Below, one piece after another: positions 48,540 to 59,163 of a stretch of 64,000 nt of DNA. A program made the translations under genes and the position numbers. The DNA lies in NCBI GenBank assembly GCA_965644295.1, contig CBFFRP010000069.1:287240-351239 (forward strand), given 5' to 3'. Under the pieces are notes generated by a model. That model did no database searches, was not told the DNA's origin, and worked only from the letters and a program-made list of their open reading frames with translations. Origin of the DNA: Paraphysomonas bandaiensis (Eukaryota > Protista > Chrysophyceae). Positions within the stretch are counted from its first letter, which is position 1. Each line of letters begins with the position of its first letter.

Positions 48540-48583
48540 ATTATATATTATATTATTATTATATGATAGATGTCTACGTTTTA

Positions 48584-49132
48584 CTAATCAGTCGTTAATT
48601 TTAGAATACAAATGTGAAATTTTTCAATACAATCGCGCAATGCCGGAAAGTTAACCCCGTGCAACTCCCTTCGGAAAAACACCTCGACGTGGTCTGCATG
48701 GACATCAATGAGAACGGGTTCTGTTTGCAAAAAGAAAAAGTCGTCGGCAATTTTATGGAAATCCATAGAGTGAAACTTTGTGTTCACATATTCCACTCGA
48801 GATTTCACCACGTCCGGATTATTTCGCTCCGACAAATGAAAGCAATAGCAGACATCAGAGGGGGTGATTACTGATTCGTTGCAATCGATGGTCATGGTGA
48901 CCTGGATGTAGTATGTTCCCTTCTCCAAAACCTGTTTCATCCCAAAATCAATGTCACCAAGGTCTTCCCCGGTATGCATGATGCTAAAATGGCTGTGGCG
49001 GGTGATGTTGTAGTGACACGGTTCATAGAACGAATTAGGGACTGGCATTCTACGTTTAGAGTCAAGGTGAGTTGGCTTGTAGAATTTGTCGGGTTTGTGG
49101 TGTTTTGTTGGAGAACTGAACATCGGTAGCAC
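48584..49132 (-). CDS. Hypothetical beta-rich protein of the virus-like element
   Basis: 182-aa ORF tightly packed between integrase and fibre genes; alternating hydrophobic strands (GTYYIQVTMTI). Confidence 0.55.
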   Translation of the reverse strand: MLPMFSSPTKHHKPDKFYKPTHLDSKRRMPVPNSFYEPCHYNITRHSHFSIMHTGEDLGDIDFGMKQVLEKGTYYIQVTMTIDCNESVITPSDVCYCFHLSERNNPDVVKSRVEYVNTKFHSMDFHKIADDFFFLQTEPVLIDVHADHVEVFFRRELHGVNFPALRDCIEKFHICILKLTTD

Positions 49133-49139
49133 TTTAATA

Positions 49140-50423
49140 TTATGAATATGTTTTTCGAAGCCGATTTAGCGCATTTGCTTTTTCCATCGTATAATTTAAC
49201 CGAGTTTTGGGGTCGGGTTCGTGTTCAATTTTTTGTAAATGAGCACCAATGAGCCATTTAACTCGTGTTTCGTCATTATCATGTGATAAAAATTTCCCGT
49301 CTTCGGACTCGACTTTATACTTTCCACCTCGTTTTGCAACCACCGTGTACAGACCAACACTCCACCGGATTGCAATTTGTTTGTAGTTGTTATTTTTTTT
49401 ACGTTCTCTTACTTCCGGTATGAGCTCTAGAAGATTTATACGAACAGTATCTCCGACTTTTATTGGATCATGTACACGACGCATCGCTTTTTGTTTCTTC
49501 GATTTCGAGTGAGTACCTGACCATATTGCAATTGGAATTCCCACCCCTTCTACATATGAATGGTTGTAACTTTCTTCCGCCTCAGGTATATAATGAAACC
49601 ATTGCCGGTTTTTGTTACGGACCATAAGTCGACGAATAAGTGACCTGACATAGCCATTTGTACTCTCAACCAACGAAAGGGGTGTATAGGACATGTTTCG
49701 TTTGAGTTGTATACCATATTGTTCAGTAAAATCAGCTGAAAAGTTAAATTCACCTCCGTTGTCACACCGAATGACCTTAGGCCATGTATGATGGGGTATC
49801 GAATCAAGAAGCTGACCTATTTGTTTTTCAATTGAAGCGGCATTTTTCAACTTGGTTCGTCTCAACCATACTCGGCGACTGTACGAGTCTTGTACTGTTA
49901 ATATATATCGCCAAACATTCGTGGGGTATGTGCCATCGAACTTTTTCTTCATGTAGAAACTAAAATCAATGAGATCCATTTCCCATGCGCTATGTGGAGT
50001 CGTTTTATGAATATAAGACAACGTATGAGGTCTTGTTTTCGTTGTGGTATATTGGTAATCTTCTTGTCGTTTCAAAAACTTGGCAATATCACTTTTCTTG
50101 ATGCCTATGTATTGATGTTTTATTGTGTTGTACCATTTATTGATCCCACCCGGTACAAGTTCTTTATAGATAGTGGACAACACCTCGTCTATTTGCGACG
50201 GCAAAACGAATTGCAATTTCAATTCACCGTCCACATAAAATAGTTTATTATTTTTCAATTTGAAATGTTCCGGTGGCCATCGTTTCTCAAACAAATCTTT
50301 CTGACGATCGGTTAAATTAGAATTCCGAGCAAATCCACCTGTTCGTCGGAAACGTATAATATCATTGTGCACCGACTGATTATATTGCTTGCGATTCAGT
50401 TTATTTAAAAGTGCCGCATCCAT
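49140..50423 (-). CDS. Retroviral-type (rve, DDE) integrase of Polinton/virophage type, intact
   Basis: WEMDLIDF, ILTVQDSYSR, IRCDNGGEF, LVESTNG; C-terminal KVGDTVRI...RWS..YTV. Confidence 0.92.
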   Translation of the reverse strand: MDAALLNKLNRKQYNQSVHNDIIRFRRTGGFARNSNLTDRQKDLFEKRWPPEHFKLKNNKLFYVDGELKLQFVLPSQIDEVLSTIYKELVPGGINKWYNTIKHQYIGIKKSDIAKFLKRQEDYQYTTTKTRPHTLSYIHKTTPHSAWEMDLIDFSFYMKKKFDGTYPTNVWRYILTVQDSYSRRVWLRRTKLKNAASIEKQIGQLLDSIPHHTWPKVIRCDNGGEFNFSADFTEQYGIQLKRNMSYTPLSLVESTNGYVRSLIRRLMVRNKNRQWFHYIPEAEESYNHSYVEGVGIPIAIWSGTHSKSKKQKAMRRVHDPIKVGDTVRINLLELIPEVRERKKNNNYKQIAIRWSVGLYTVVAKRGGKYKVESEDGKFLSHDNDETRVKWLIGAHLQKIEHEPDPKTRLNYTMEKANALNRLRKTYS

Positions 50424-50452
50424 ACTTTTCTTTAGTTATTGTTCCGCATTTT

Positions 50453-51200
50453 TTATCCATCCACTATTATTTTTGACAAATCGAAGAATTCATTGTAATT
50501 CCGGCTTATTTTTTTTTGCATCAAGGGTGTCATGATGTCAAATTTCATAAAATCTGTCCTTTGTTCAGTACATACTCTATACATGCGGCGCAAATCAGCA
50601 ATTGGAATTCCCAGTGCATATGTTTTAAAATACGATTCAAATCCCCCACACATCGGCCAGCGATTTGATTATAAGGTGTGTTAGATTCTTGCGGCAAAGA
50701 TAGGGAATGTCATAAAACGATTGAGATATAAAACACGCAGTGATGTTATATTTGCGGCACCTAATATAGTAATCACTGATCATATCAAGATTCCGTTTGC
50801 CACTCGTAATAATATCATCAAATACAACCAGTGTTTGCAATCCCGTCTTCTTTCCAGAAAGATCTTCCAACCTGAATTCGCTGGGTTTCTCAAAAAACTC
50901 AATGCTTGATCCCAATTGCTCTTTCAGAAATTTATATAACGGCTCGCTGTGGTCGGGAATGCACACGACAATTTTAGCAAACGTATCGGGCATCTTGGAT
51001 ATTAAATCAACAAGACATTGCGTTTTCCCAGTACCACTACCACCAACAATGGCAAGACGGGCGGGGAGTGTGATTTGATTTTGGTAAAAATTTGGATTTG
51101 GACATTCTGTCTTGGCAAGACCTCCAATTTTCTCGTACCAGTTGTAAACGGTATTGCGATTGGTGGATACGGTTGTATTCTTAGACTTGCGGTTTGACAT
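50453..51200 (-). pseudogene. A32-like (FtsK-HerA superfamily) DNA packaging ATPase, frameshift near 50650
   Basis: Walker A GGSGTGKT, Walker B LVVFDD, A32 motifs RCRKYN and ISQSFYDIP; C-terminus continues in ORF 50453-50653. Confidence 0.9.
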
Positions 51201-51230
51201 AATAATGTACTTTTATAAATACGTATGTGT

Positions 51231-51387
51231 TTTTTTAATCGGGCGTCGGAATTGAATATATATATATAATCATTTTGACGCCCGAACCCTCCTAAATTGA
51301 TTGCCGTAGAAGTTTTTTTTAAAAAAACACACATAAAATTTTAATTCATTTCAAATCTATGTGTATTTTTTTCAGCCAATCAGAAAC
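51231..51387 (-). repeat. Palindromic intergenic module, copy A (inverted relative to the other copies)
   Basis: Reverse complement of 56875-57030; contains CGGGCGTC-(AT-rich)-GACGCCCG and CCAAT. Confidence 0.92.
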
Positions 51388-51405
51388 AAGAATAGAAATC
51401 ACGAA

Positions 51406-52294
51406 CTATTTTTTTACATATGATTGCATTGCTTCACCGACGGAGTGCCCCATTTCCTTTGCAGTTTGTGCCATTTCTTCCATGCTGGGTACATTTTTGT
51501 ATTTATGTGACAAGTATGCCTTTCGAAGCATGGATGTTCCCACTTTTTTTCCAAATATTGCGTTTAGTCGTTGCGTGATTGTCGATGGTGTAAGTTTTTG
51601 TTGATTTTTGTTAAAGAAAACAAATTCCACGCGAAGACCTTTTGTAATCTTTTTCCATCGCTTGAGTAATGACAACACCTCTCGATCAATTTTGATACGC
51701 TGCGTCCCATACGTATCTTTTGTTTTATACCGCTGGAAAACAAACTCCCGTTTCTCCCAGTCGATATAATTATACTTTTTACTGGGTTGTAGCTTCAGTT
51801 CACTATAGTCGAGTGACCGCCGCGGGAGAACTCCCATCACCCCGCTGCACAACGATAGAAGAATAAAAAGGATTGTATCTCCTGTAGCTGTTCCATACTC
51901 AATTGTTTGACATACATTAGTTTCATAATTTTTGGTTTCATTTGCGCGTGTATTCGGACCACCTCGGTAAAATCTACCCAATTGGCAGATTCGCGATCAG
52001 TTTTAGTTTGTTCTTTTTGTTTTGCATTGTAAATTTCAATATCTTCTTGCATGAGTCTACTATATATGTCATTACCCGTGAGTATATAAAGGGCCGAACA
52101 CGTCGTTTTACGTCGATTGATGTTTGGAATCCGTGTAATATAATCTATCAGTTGCTTTGTTTTATTTTGTATGTTGTCTTTTTACTAATACCCGTCGCAT
52201 TTAACGCGGAATTTATGAGTGACACGTACGTACGTACCGAACTGTCCGCCAATTTGGGTCGGTTAAAAAGAATAGTCTGTTTAATTGAATTCAT
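51406..52294 (-). pseudogene. PLV/virophage-type tyrosine recombinase, disrupted
   Basis: N-terminus RPKLADSSVRTY; LPRRSLDY, YKTKDTYG, MLRKAY, MGHS..AMQSY catalytic motifs; stops near 52145 and a frameshift near 51860. Confidence 0.88.
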
Positions 52295-52349
52295 TGCTTT
52301 TTATTAAACGTCATATAAAAATACGACGCAACCATTCATACAAAACCAA

Positions 52350-52736
52350 TCATTTACAAATTTGAATTAGTTTTGCCTTTAGCACAATTCCACACTTGCC
52401 ACATGATTTCCATGCATACACTTCCAAAATCATTCGAATCTTGGTTGATTTCGGAATGAGTTCACACAGTGGGATTTCAGCCGTGATTTTTTCTTTGTCG
52501 GTTCCCAACACCCCAATTTTGGTGAAGTCGGGAATCGGTTTGCGATTTTTTTTTACCACGGGCACCCGTATTGTGATCGTGTTTGGTTTCAAGTCATGAG
52601 ATGTTAGTATTGGTTGATAATCCAAATCACTAAAAAGTGCCTCCAAATATTCGTCCAATTCTCTAAACAACGCACGATATTCAATCGATTCATAGGTAAC
52701 CTGCAATTGAAGTTTTAGTAAACGGTCGAAATCGTG
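52350..52736 (-). pseudogene. C-terminal part of an NCLDV-type ssDNA-binding (DUF2738-like OB-fold) protein
   Basis: LDEYL..YQPIL..IPKSTKIRMIL..W..GKCGIVLKAKLIQI pattern; 5' part lost at the Crypton insertion. Confidence 0.6.
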
Positions 52737-52964
52737 CTAATTGTAAACCACAATCTACATTATTCTATTATACAGATCAGTATTCTATTATACAGTTCAG
52801 TACCGTATTATACAGCTCAGTATTGTGTAGTACAGTGTATTTATAGGCTAGTGCTGTTATCGCCATAGCTTGATGTCTAAAAGTGTCCATAACTATAGCG
52901 GTTAACACAGTATCAGTATTAAGCAATTTGAGCTATTTCACATTTCAATTGAATTACTATCATC

Positions 52965-55250
52965 GTGATGGAAGACTTGTGCTTGGTAGTGCAAGGTCAG
53001 CAGGAACGAAATATTCTAAATTCTTCAATGAGAGACTATTTGAGCCGCTGCCGAACTATGACCAGACTCATCAATGACATTGAGGGGTTACGTGAAGTGG
53101 CTCTTGATGTCGATGAGACTGGAGTGGCAAGGAAACATACTGGACTAGCCAAAGATGTTCTCAAACTGAAACTTCCAATGGCAGTACAAACAGCTAAACT
53201 CTTGTTCGCAAAAATTTCTGTAGACACCACATTACCAAAGAAGCGGAAACACGGTGGGCAAGACCCAGTGGAGAACCTTGATGATCCTGCTGTAGTTGAC
53301 ACTCACAACCCTGCTGCAAATAAAGTAACGGTTAGTGCACAGACTTATCAAAACTATAAGTCAGCCCTTAAATGGTGGCACTGTTACGATCGTCCTGACA
53401 TGGACAAAATAGGATCACCATGGCCAGGTGGAATGGACGAAGCCCTAAAAAAATCTATATCAAGTTACAAACGAGACATAGCAAGCAAGAAAAGAGCCGG
53501 CATTATGCGACAGAAAGAAGGAAAGGAGGCCTACAATCTCAATGGCTACATTGAAATTAATAAGGCTTTCGCTAGGATGAGGCCCACTGGAAAGCAACGA
53601 ACTTGGGATGAAGGAGTATTTGCCAGTCTGTTCACAGTATTATCTGTTTCAACTATTGGAAGGAGTGATAATGTTGATGATTGTTTGCTCTCCAACTTTG
53701 GATGGAGAAACGATGCACTAACAGTGGTGTTTGGAACTACCAAATCCGACCAGACAGGAGAAACAACTTCTGATATAAAACGCTGTTTTGCAAATCCATT
53801 TAAGCCTGACATATGCATCGTGCTGAAGCTTGCAGTTTATGTCCTGTGCACAAGACGGAATGGGGGAACAGGTGTACTACGTTTGTTTGAAGGAAGAGAG
53901 CAGAATAAGAGATATTACAACATATTGACGCAAGTCGTTCAGTCAATTGACGAATGTACCGATATCGGATGTTCAAAACATGATATTGGTACTCACAGCA
54001 ACAGGAAGTTTGCTGAATCAACTTCTGCATCTCGTATTGATGGGCCAAGTAAAACCCAGGTATGTTTAAGAGCTGGTCAGTCAGTAGGAAAAACTCAAGA
54101 CTGCTACATGTCGGCAGAGGAGGATGGTGACGCTTTGGTTGGAAGAACAGTTGCTCAACTAAAGTTTACTGCCGATGAGTTTGACGTTCTGCCACTACAT
54201 TTTGATATGGAAACATTGCAATACATAGGAAGTACGCTGGAATGGTCGAATATCATTCCAGACTACTATATGTATCCCGAACGATTTCGGGAGCAAGTCA
54301 TTCCCAAACTAGTAGCATCCGTCATATATCATCATAGGCATGGTGACCTTCAAAAGATGTATCCTCATGATCACCCAATATTCAATCAACGACTATTCAC
54401 TGATCCTATTGTGTACGATGCACTCAAAGATAAACCTATTCTATGCTTTGGTGAGTGTGAGAAGAGTAATATGTACGCTACGGGAGTTCCTGCTTTGATT
54501 CTTGTGTCCAGAGAAGTCAGACAGATTAGTGAACAATTTGAAGCGGAAAGAAATACCTGTCGTAATGACATTCGCGAGTTTAAAGAGACAGTGATGCATC
54601 AAATTGATGCAATGCGGACTGGTATGCCACAAGATTTGGTACGTGTGCTAACAGAGCGATTTGAAGTGAATGGCGTCATTCCATTAAGTCGAAGTGACGT
54701 AACGGCTAGTATAAATGAAATTCTCAGTCATCTAGAAGGCAATTTAATGGTATTAACGAGATGTGTAAAAGAATTAACTAATTCTGGTCGCGTGCAAACT
54801 ACGGCAGATGATGAAAGAAGCAGCGACAATTCAGGTGAATTAAAATCTCGTAATATTCATGTTTGGGAAGGTAGCCCTAATCTACATCGAGTACCTAAAG
54901 GATTTAAATTTCCCAGCTATGTAGTAGGTACAATGTGGAATCTATGGTTCTTGGGAAACCGGAGAGAGAACATTGGTCCATATAGATTCATTGCACCATC
55001 AGTGGATCTAGTAACCAGAGCCTGCAGAAATAACTTTAGCCGTTGCAAAAAAGTTATGTCAAAACTACTTGACATAGCTATCCACGACAACAAAATCACA
55101 CGGGCACAAGATATAACAAGGGACAACGAACAAGAAGTGTACGATTCTGCCTACACTAAGTTGCTACAGGATCTGTACGATGTCTACCCTAAACGACCCG
55201 CTACAATTAATATAAATACCATAGCCAACAAAATAAAAATTAGAAGGTAA
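52965..55250 (+). CDS. Crypton tyrosine recombinase with GCR1_C-like C-terminal domain, intact
   Basis: YQNYKSALKWW, IGRSDNV (R), TKSDQTG (K), GTHSNRK (HxxR), LRAGQS, QDCY (Y); C-terminal VPKGFKFP..MWNLWFLG..IGPYR. Confidence 0.85.
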   Translation: MMEDLCLVVQGQQERNILNSSMRDYLSRCRTMTRLINDIEGLREVALDVDETGVARKHTGLAKDVLKLKLPMAVQTAKLLFAKISVDTTLPKKRKHGGQDPVENLDDPAVVDTHNPAANKVTVSAQTYQNYKSALKWWHCYDRPDMDKIGSPWPGGMDEALKKSISSYKRDIASKKRAGIMRQKEGKEAYNLNGYIEINKAFARMRPTGKQRTWDEGVFASLFTVLSVSTIGRSDNVDDCLLSNFGWRNDALTVVFGTTKSDQTGETTSDIKRCFANPFKPDICIVLKLAVYVLCTRRNGGTGVLRLFEGREQNKRYYNILTQVVQSIDECTDIGCSKHDIGTHSNRKFAESTSASRIDGPSKTQVCLRAGQSVGKTQDCYMSAEEDGDALVGRTVAQLKFTADEFDVLPLHFDMETLQYIGSTLEWSNIIPDYYMYPERFREQVIPKLVASVIYHHRHGDLQKMYPHDHPIFNQRLFTDPIVYDALKDKPILCFGECEKSNMYATGVPALILVSREVRQISEQFEAERNTCRNDIREFKETVMHQIDAMRTGMPQDLVRVLTERFEVNGVIPLSRSDVTASINEILSHLEGNLMVLTRCVKELTNSGRVQTTADDERSSDNSGELKSRNIHVWEGSPNLHRVPKGFKFPSYVVGTMWNLWFLGNRRENIGPYRFIAPSVDLVTRACRNNFSRCKKVMSKLLDIAIHDNKITRAQDITRDNEQEVYDSAYTKLLQDLYDVYPKRPATININTIANKIKIRR

Positions 55251-55297
55251 GATATCAGCAAGCTTCAATTAATTTGAAAAAAGTAATAATAATCAAA

Positions 55298-56198
55298 CAA
55301 TAATAAAGCAACACAATACACACATACACACCTTACACTCTCAGCGTAAACACAATGCTCCTCACTGTAGCTATACACTCATGCCTCAGGATCATACGGA
55401 CTATGCATCAGAGGCTCCTCTTATATATTGCTGGATATATAATGCCATTAATAATACACAGCACACTGCATCGTACTATACTTACTTCATTGTGACCTCA
55501 AATGACAGGATGAATGGTATATCATATATATAATATATGTTCAGGGATGCTGCAGTAGTTCCGTACTGTAAGCTACAGTTAGCACCTCCACATATGATCA
55601 TCTCACAATGGGGACATCATACCATCATTCACACCTCATCAATCAATAATAAAGCAACACAATACACACATACACACCTTACACTCTCAGCGTAAACACA
55701 ATGCTCTTCACTGTAGTTATACACTCATGCCTCAGGATCATACGGACTATGCATCAGAGGCTCCTCTTATATATTGCTGGATATATAATGCCATTAATAA
55801 TACACAGCACACTGCATCGTACTATACTTACTTCATTGTGACCTCAAATGACAGGATGAATGGTATATCATATATATAATATATGTTCAGGGATGCTGCA
55901 GTAGTTCCGTACTGTAAGCTACAGTTAGCACCTCCACATATGATCATCTCACAATGGGGACATCATACCATCATTCACACCTCATCAATCAATAATAAAG
56001 CAACACAACACACACATACACACCTTACACTCTCAGCGTAAACACAATGCTCTTCACTCTAGTTATACACTCATGCCTCAGGATCATACGGACTATGCAT
56101 CAGAGGCTCCTCTTATATATTGCTGGATATATATTGCCATCAATAATACACAGCACACTGCATCGTACTATACTTACTTCATTGTGACCTCAAATGAC
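55298..56198. repeat. 346-bp tandem repeat, ~2.6 copies
   Basis: caataataaagcaacac at 55298, 55644, 55990. Confidence 0.95.
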
Positions 56199-56431
56199 CA
56201 CATGGCACTGTATCGTATTCTACTTACTTCACTGTGAGGTTAAATGACAGGATGAAGTATATCGTATTCATATATAGATATGGTTCTATAACAGCTAGAT
56301 TCTATATATATATATATATATGGTTCATCCTGCACTGTACAATCCCATACACTACTGCTATACTGTACAATCCTATATGTATTGCTCCTATACAATCCTA
56401 CAGTGATTTAAAAGTAGCATATTTCCCCTAT

Positions 56432-56747
56432 ACAGAAACAACAGTCGAATTGTGCGTGGATTTTTATATGAACCATAAACGAAACATCAAAAAACATGTT
56501 ATCACAATAGCACACAGCCATATTTTGTAACGGCTGAGTAGCATAAAAGTACGAGTTTTCTAAAATCCTTACCGCTGTCATATAAATCCGATGCGGCATA
56601 AGCAACTTTGAGTGGCTGCGTTTGAATGGTAAAGGCATGTTTATCATACTGAAACCCCGTCGTTTGAGTGAATGGAGTGTTCGACCAACGTTTGACAGTC
56701 AAAAGGGATGCATCGAAATTGTTGAGACGAATTGGTGTTGCTAACAT
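56432..56747 (-). pseudogene. N-terminal fragment(s) of SSB-like gene
   Basis: IRLNNFDASLLTV...FQYDKHAFTIQTQPL resembles the N-terminus of NCLDV SSB-like proteins; reading frame breaks down before the Crypton. Confidence 0.45.
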
Positions 56748-56866
56748 GGTTTGGTATTCGGTAATCATATAAATTGTGATAATTGTGAGAGCAAAGCAAC
56801 AAATATTGTGATGAAAAAGTATGATTGTTGCACAGAATAGAGTTCTAAAATGAATGGTGTAGGTTG

Positions 56867-57030
56867 AATCCTCGATTCTGATTGGCTGAAAAAAATACAC
56901 ATAGATTTGAAATGAATTAAAATTTTATGTGTGTTTTTTTAAAAAAAACTTCTACGGCAATCAATTTAGGAGGGTTCGGGCGTCAAAATGATTATATATA
57001 TATATTCAATTCCGACGCCCGAATAAAAAA
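56867..57030 (+). repeat. Palindromic intergenic module, copy B
   Basis: Near identical to the 58460-58968 units. Confidence 0.92.
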
Positions 57031-57144
57031 CTAAACTTCAAATCCTCGATTCTGATTCATGTGTTTTTTTAAAAATAAACTGGCACGGAATGTGGTGCGT
57101 TAGGGTGGAAATGAATTATCCTTATTTAGCATATATGCACTCTA

Positions 57145-57840
57145 CTACCAACTACAGTAATGTCGCCGCGCTGTGTAATTAATTACACAACGTAATACAA
57201 CGCACCGTAAGAGAACAATACTACATCCCCAACTCCCTTGGTACGCACAAGAAAAATTGAAAAGAATATTCACTTTGCTACCCACGGGAAATACACTGGG
57301 TAAAGATTTGACAGATGAAGTAATATCGTTTCCGCGTTTGTCTATTATCAGCACTTCCGATGGGTCAGGTACCCCCCAGGGGCCCGACACCGTGGTTGGG
57401 ATTTGTAAGGTGACAAATTTCGTATTGTCTTCTTTTTCTACCCTAAGCAGTGGAATGTAACCCCGCTCTTTAAGATTTTCTTTGCTGCGTTCCTGTGACA
57501 CTAACTGGTTATCAATTGCTATTATATTGCTATAATTTGAACACGACAGCGCAACAACATTCACTCTAAAATATTTTCGAGTCAGATTTGTCTGTTTGCT
57601 ATAGTTGGGTGCAATTCGTACGCCATTGAGTTTAAACAGCACTTCGCGCTGGCATGTTCTCTTTTTTTTAGTCGGTCCATAGAACATCGTTGACTTCAAT
57701 GTATATGCACTAACTCGATCAAACGGATCGAATCGTATATGGGACGGATTAATGTCGCTTAGTCGCATGATCTTTTTTCCCTCCGTGGGGTTACGGTAGC
57801 ACTTTTTGGTAGCCGATTTGCGTTGTTTGTCGGTTGTCAT
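57145..57840 (-). CDS. Putative NCLDV-type ssDNA-binding (DUF2738-like) protein
   Basis: RLSDINPSHIRF N-terminus, IIAIDNQL..YIPLL, FPVGSKVNILF....GCSIVLLRCVV; colinear similarity to 52350-52706. Confidence 0.55.
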   Translation of the reverse strand: MTTDKQRKSATKKCYRNPTEGKKIMRLSDINPSHIRFDPFDRVSAYTLKSTMFYGPTKKKRTCQREVLFKLNGVRIAPNYSKQTNLTRKYFRVNVVALSCSNYSNIIAIDNQLVSQERSKENLKERGYIPLLRVEKEDNTKFVTLQIPTTVSGPWGVPDPSEVLIIDKRGNDITSSVKSLPSVFPVGSKVNILFNFSCAYQGSWGCSIVLLRCVVLRCVINYTARRHYCSW

Positions 57841-57955
57841 GGAATTGCTTGGGTGGATTTCTTTTTATATCAGTTTTGCAAATTATATATATAATCATTT
57901 TTTTTTTAAATTGCCTGATTCACACCAAAAATGAAAGTATAATTGGTGCTCGCAT

Positions 57956-58141
57956 GAAAATTTGATTTGCATCAAACGAAAAAGTATAATGAATGGCTGA
58001 GAATAAATGTGTCATTGTACTAAATTATACTTTTGAGACCTGGTGTCCGCGGAAAATTTTGGTTTGCATCAAAAGAAAAAGTATAATGAATGGCTGAGAA
58101 TAAATGTGTCATTGTACTAAATTATACTTTTGAGACCTGGT
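57956..58141. repeat. ~97-bp tandem duplication with internal inverted repeat
   Basis: Two copies containing tttgcatc and aaaagtataat...attatactttt. Confidence 0.9.
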
Positions 58142-58459
58142 TGGTGCGGAGAATTACATGTATGATCATACCCCAACCCTAACCCTAATCGAAGAGTTTT
58201 TTACTTTTGCTATCCCCCTAAAATGAGCTACATGTTTATACAAACTGCATACCCCCGCTAAATTAAACCGTAGTATCAAATATATCTTGACCGTCAAAAA
58301 CCGATCTCAAACCCGTGAAATCATTTGGGAATGTCACATCAGATTGATACATGGTGTTGGTGAGTGCGGGTGGGCTTTGGTGGGGGCGGGTTGTATAACT
58401 ATTGATAAGTGAGAGTGAGCTCAACATTTTTTTGTTATTACATATGGGGTCAGAAAGAG

Positions 58460-58968
58460 CGATTCTGATTGGCTGAAAAAAACACACATAGATTTGAAAT
58501 GAATTAAAATTTTATGTGTGTTTTTTTAAAAAAAACTTCTACGGCAATCAATTTAGGAGGGTTCGGGCGTCAAAATGATTTTATATATATATTCAATTCC
58601 GACGCCCGATTAAAAAAATTGGAGTTCAAATCCTCGTTTCTGATTGGCTGAAAAAAACACACATAGAATTTAAATGAATTAAAATTTTATGTGTGTTTTT
58701 TGAAAAAAAACTTCTACGGCAATCAATTTAGGAGGGTTCGGGCGTCAAAATGATTTTATATATATATTCAATTCCGACGCCCGATTAAAAAAATTGGAGT
58801 TCAAATCCTCGTTTCTGATTGGCTGAAAAAAACACACATAGAATTTAAATGAATTAAAATTTTATGTGTGTTTTTTGAAAAAAAACTTCTACGGCAATCG
58901 ATTTAGGAGGGTTCGGGCGTCAAAATGATTTTATATATATATTCAATTCCGGCGCCCGAATAAAAAAA
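58460..58968 (+). repeat. Three tandem 175-bp copies of the palindromic module
   Basis: ctgattggctg at 58465, 58640, 58815. Confidence 0.95.
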
Positions 58969-59163
58969 TAAATATCTACTCTTGTCCCCAATTGGAGAAA
59001 TGGACTAGTCAACCATGCGGCCTGGTCCACGGCGACTTAGGGTAAGAAAAGGATGGTGGTCAAATGAGTCATGTGGGACACTCTCCTTATTAGTCACAGT
59101 GACGGAGTTGATCACATATGGGAATACTGTACTACAGTTGTATTTAGGAATACGGGTGGGGGG

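Larger units (their letters stand above)
52761..56431 (+). mobile_element. Crypton-type tyrosine-recombinase DNA transposon nested in the virus-like element (ends approximate)
   Basis: Single YR ORF opposite to all viral genes; 20-bp subterminal tandem repeats 52762-52830, tacaatcc repeats ~56335-56400; no TIRs; possible TAT terminal direct repeat. Confidence 0.75.

Noticed and set aside
52707-56500. Clean in-frame restoration of the SSB-like gene after removing the Crypton
   Set aside because: Joining at the TAT repeat still leaves stops or needs a frameshift, so exact ends and gene continuity are unproven
58460-58968. Palindromic repeats as CRISPR-like array
   Set aside because: Whole 175-bp units are duplicated with no variable spacers
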